A stretch of 64,000 bases of DNA from the NCBI GenBank assembly GCA_024679065.1, contig JAGIQG010000008.1, forward strand, positions 36,208,001 through 36,272,000, in the 5' to 3' direction. This document shows positions 63,220 through 64,000 of the stretch, piece by piece; position 1 is the stretch's first letter, and each line of letters starts with the position of its first letter. This stretch comes from Sphyrna mokarran. Its lineage: Eukaryota. The notes under the pieces were generated by a model. The model was not told the DNA's origin and ran no database searches. It saw only the letters and a program-made list of their open reading frames with translations. The translations under genes and the position numbers were made by a program.

Positions 63220-64000
63220 TTGTTTAAATTGATGATAAATAGAACAGCCTTGGATCTGGATCACTAAGAATGACCTCAGTAGAAAAAAGTCCTTGGATCT
63301 TACTATAGCCATCACTTTCAAATTGATGCTGGCAATATTTCCCAGTACCACTAGTAGATGAAGAATATTGCAGGATAAAATAAATAATTCAGGAGACTGA
63401 AAACGAGCCCAGTTGGGCATCAGTGAACTTTGAACTGGGATGTCTGCTTGTAACTTTGAATATTTTTCATTTGGTATAGATCTGAATAGACAGCATTAGT
63501 AATTTTCTGGTACATTAGTTCCATCTCTGTTCACTCGGTGATGGAACATTGCTTGCACAAAGGTATTCGAACTACAGGGTGACAATCCTGGTGCAACATT
63601 GGTCTAGACTGGACAAGATTGAAGCCAAGACCCTTAATCAACCTTTTGAACAACTACATGACTGAAGATTGATATAGTCCAGACATATCCAGAATGTCTA
63701 CCTGCAACAACAAAAAAAACGATCAGTTCCCTGATCCTGTTCAAAAAAGCTTTCAAGACTGGCATCTCCTTTTTCTTAGAAGTCAATATTGCTATTGTAT
63801 GTAAATCTGGCCACATCCTCAGATGTTATGGGGAGTTTCTTATATTACCACTTTTCTTTCTGACATGCTGAATCCACATGTCCTGCTGCCAAGCTGTGCA
63901 GAAAGTACTGAAAATCCCAATGAACTAATGGCAAAAATATCTTAAATGATGTTGTTCTGTCCATTAATTTCTTTCATGTAAACATGGCCAACTTGCTCCA

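Noticed and set aside
1-64000. Prokaryotic systems (CRISPR arrays, operons, rRNA or tRNA genes)
   Set aside because: The sequence is a spliced vertebrate locus; no repeat-spacer array or complete tRNA/rRNA was seen.

Overview
AT-rich vertebrate genomic DNA, very probably from an elasmobranch (shark), judged from HE1/V-SINEs, HER1/CR1 LINEs and a SacSINE/Deu-type SINE. The window holds the 3' six coding exons of MKRN1 (makorin RING finger protein 1) on the + strand, equivalent to exons 3-8: 12417-12658, 29807-30033, 32324-32538, 53548-53658, 56578-56722 and 57832-58041. All junctions join in frame, and one intron uses a GC-AG donor. The introns are packed with CR1, L2 and Rex/Babar LINEs, SINEs and Penelope-like elements (PLEs). 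The most notable structures are: (i) a TSD-flanked PLE with ~470-bp inverted arms, each carrying a minimal hammerhead-ribozyme motif, with a young CR1 inserted inside; (ii) two families of small fold-back PLE derivatives whose inversion points fall on the hammerhead, one of which duplicated the exon-5 splice donor; (iii) an inverted duplication with an internal 22-nt re-inversion just after the GC donor; (iv) a candidate 27-nt in-frame microexon with a downstream RBFOX site. TE family names and boundaries were assigned by eye and are approximate.
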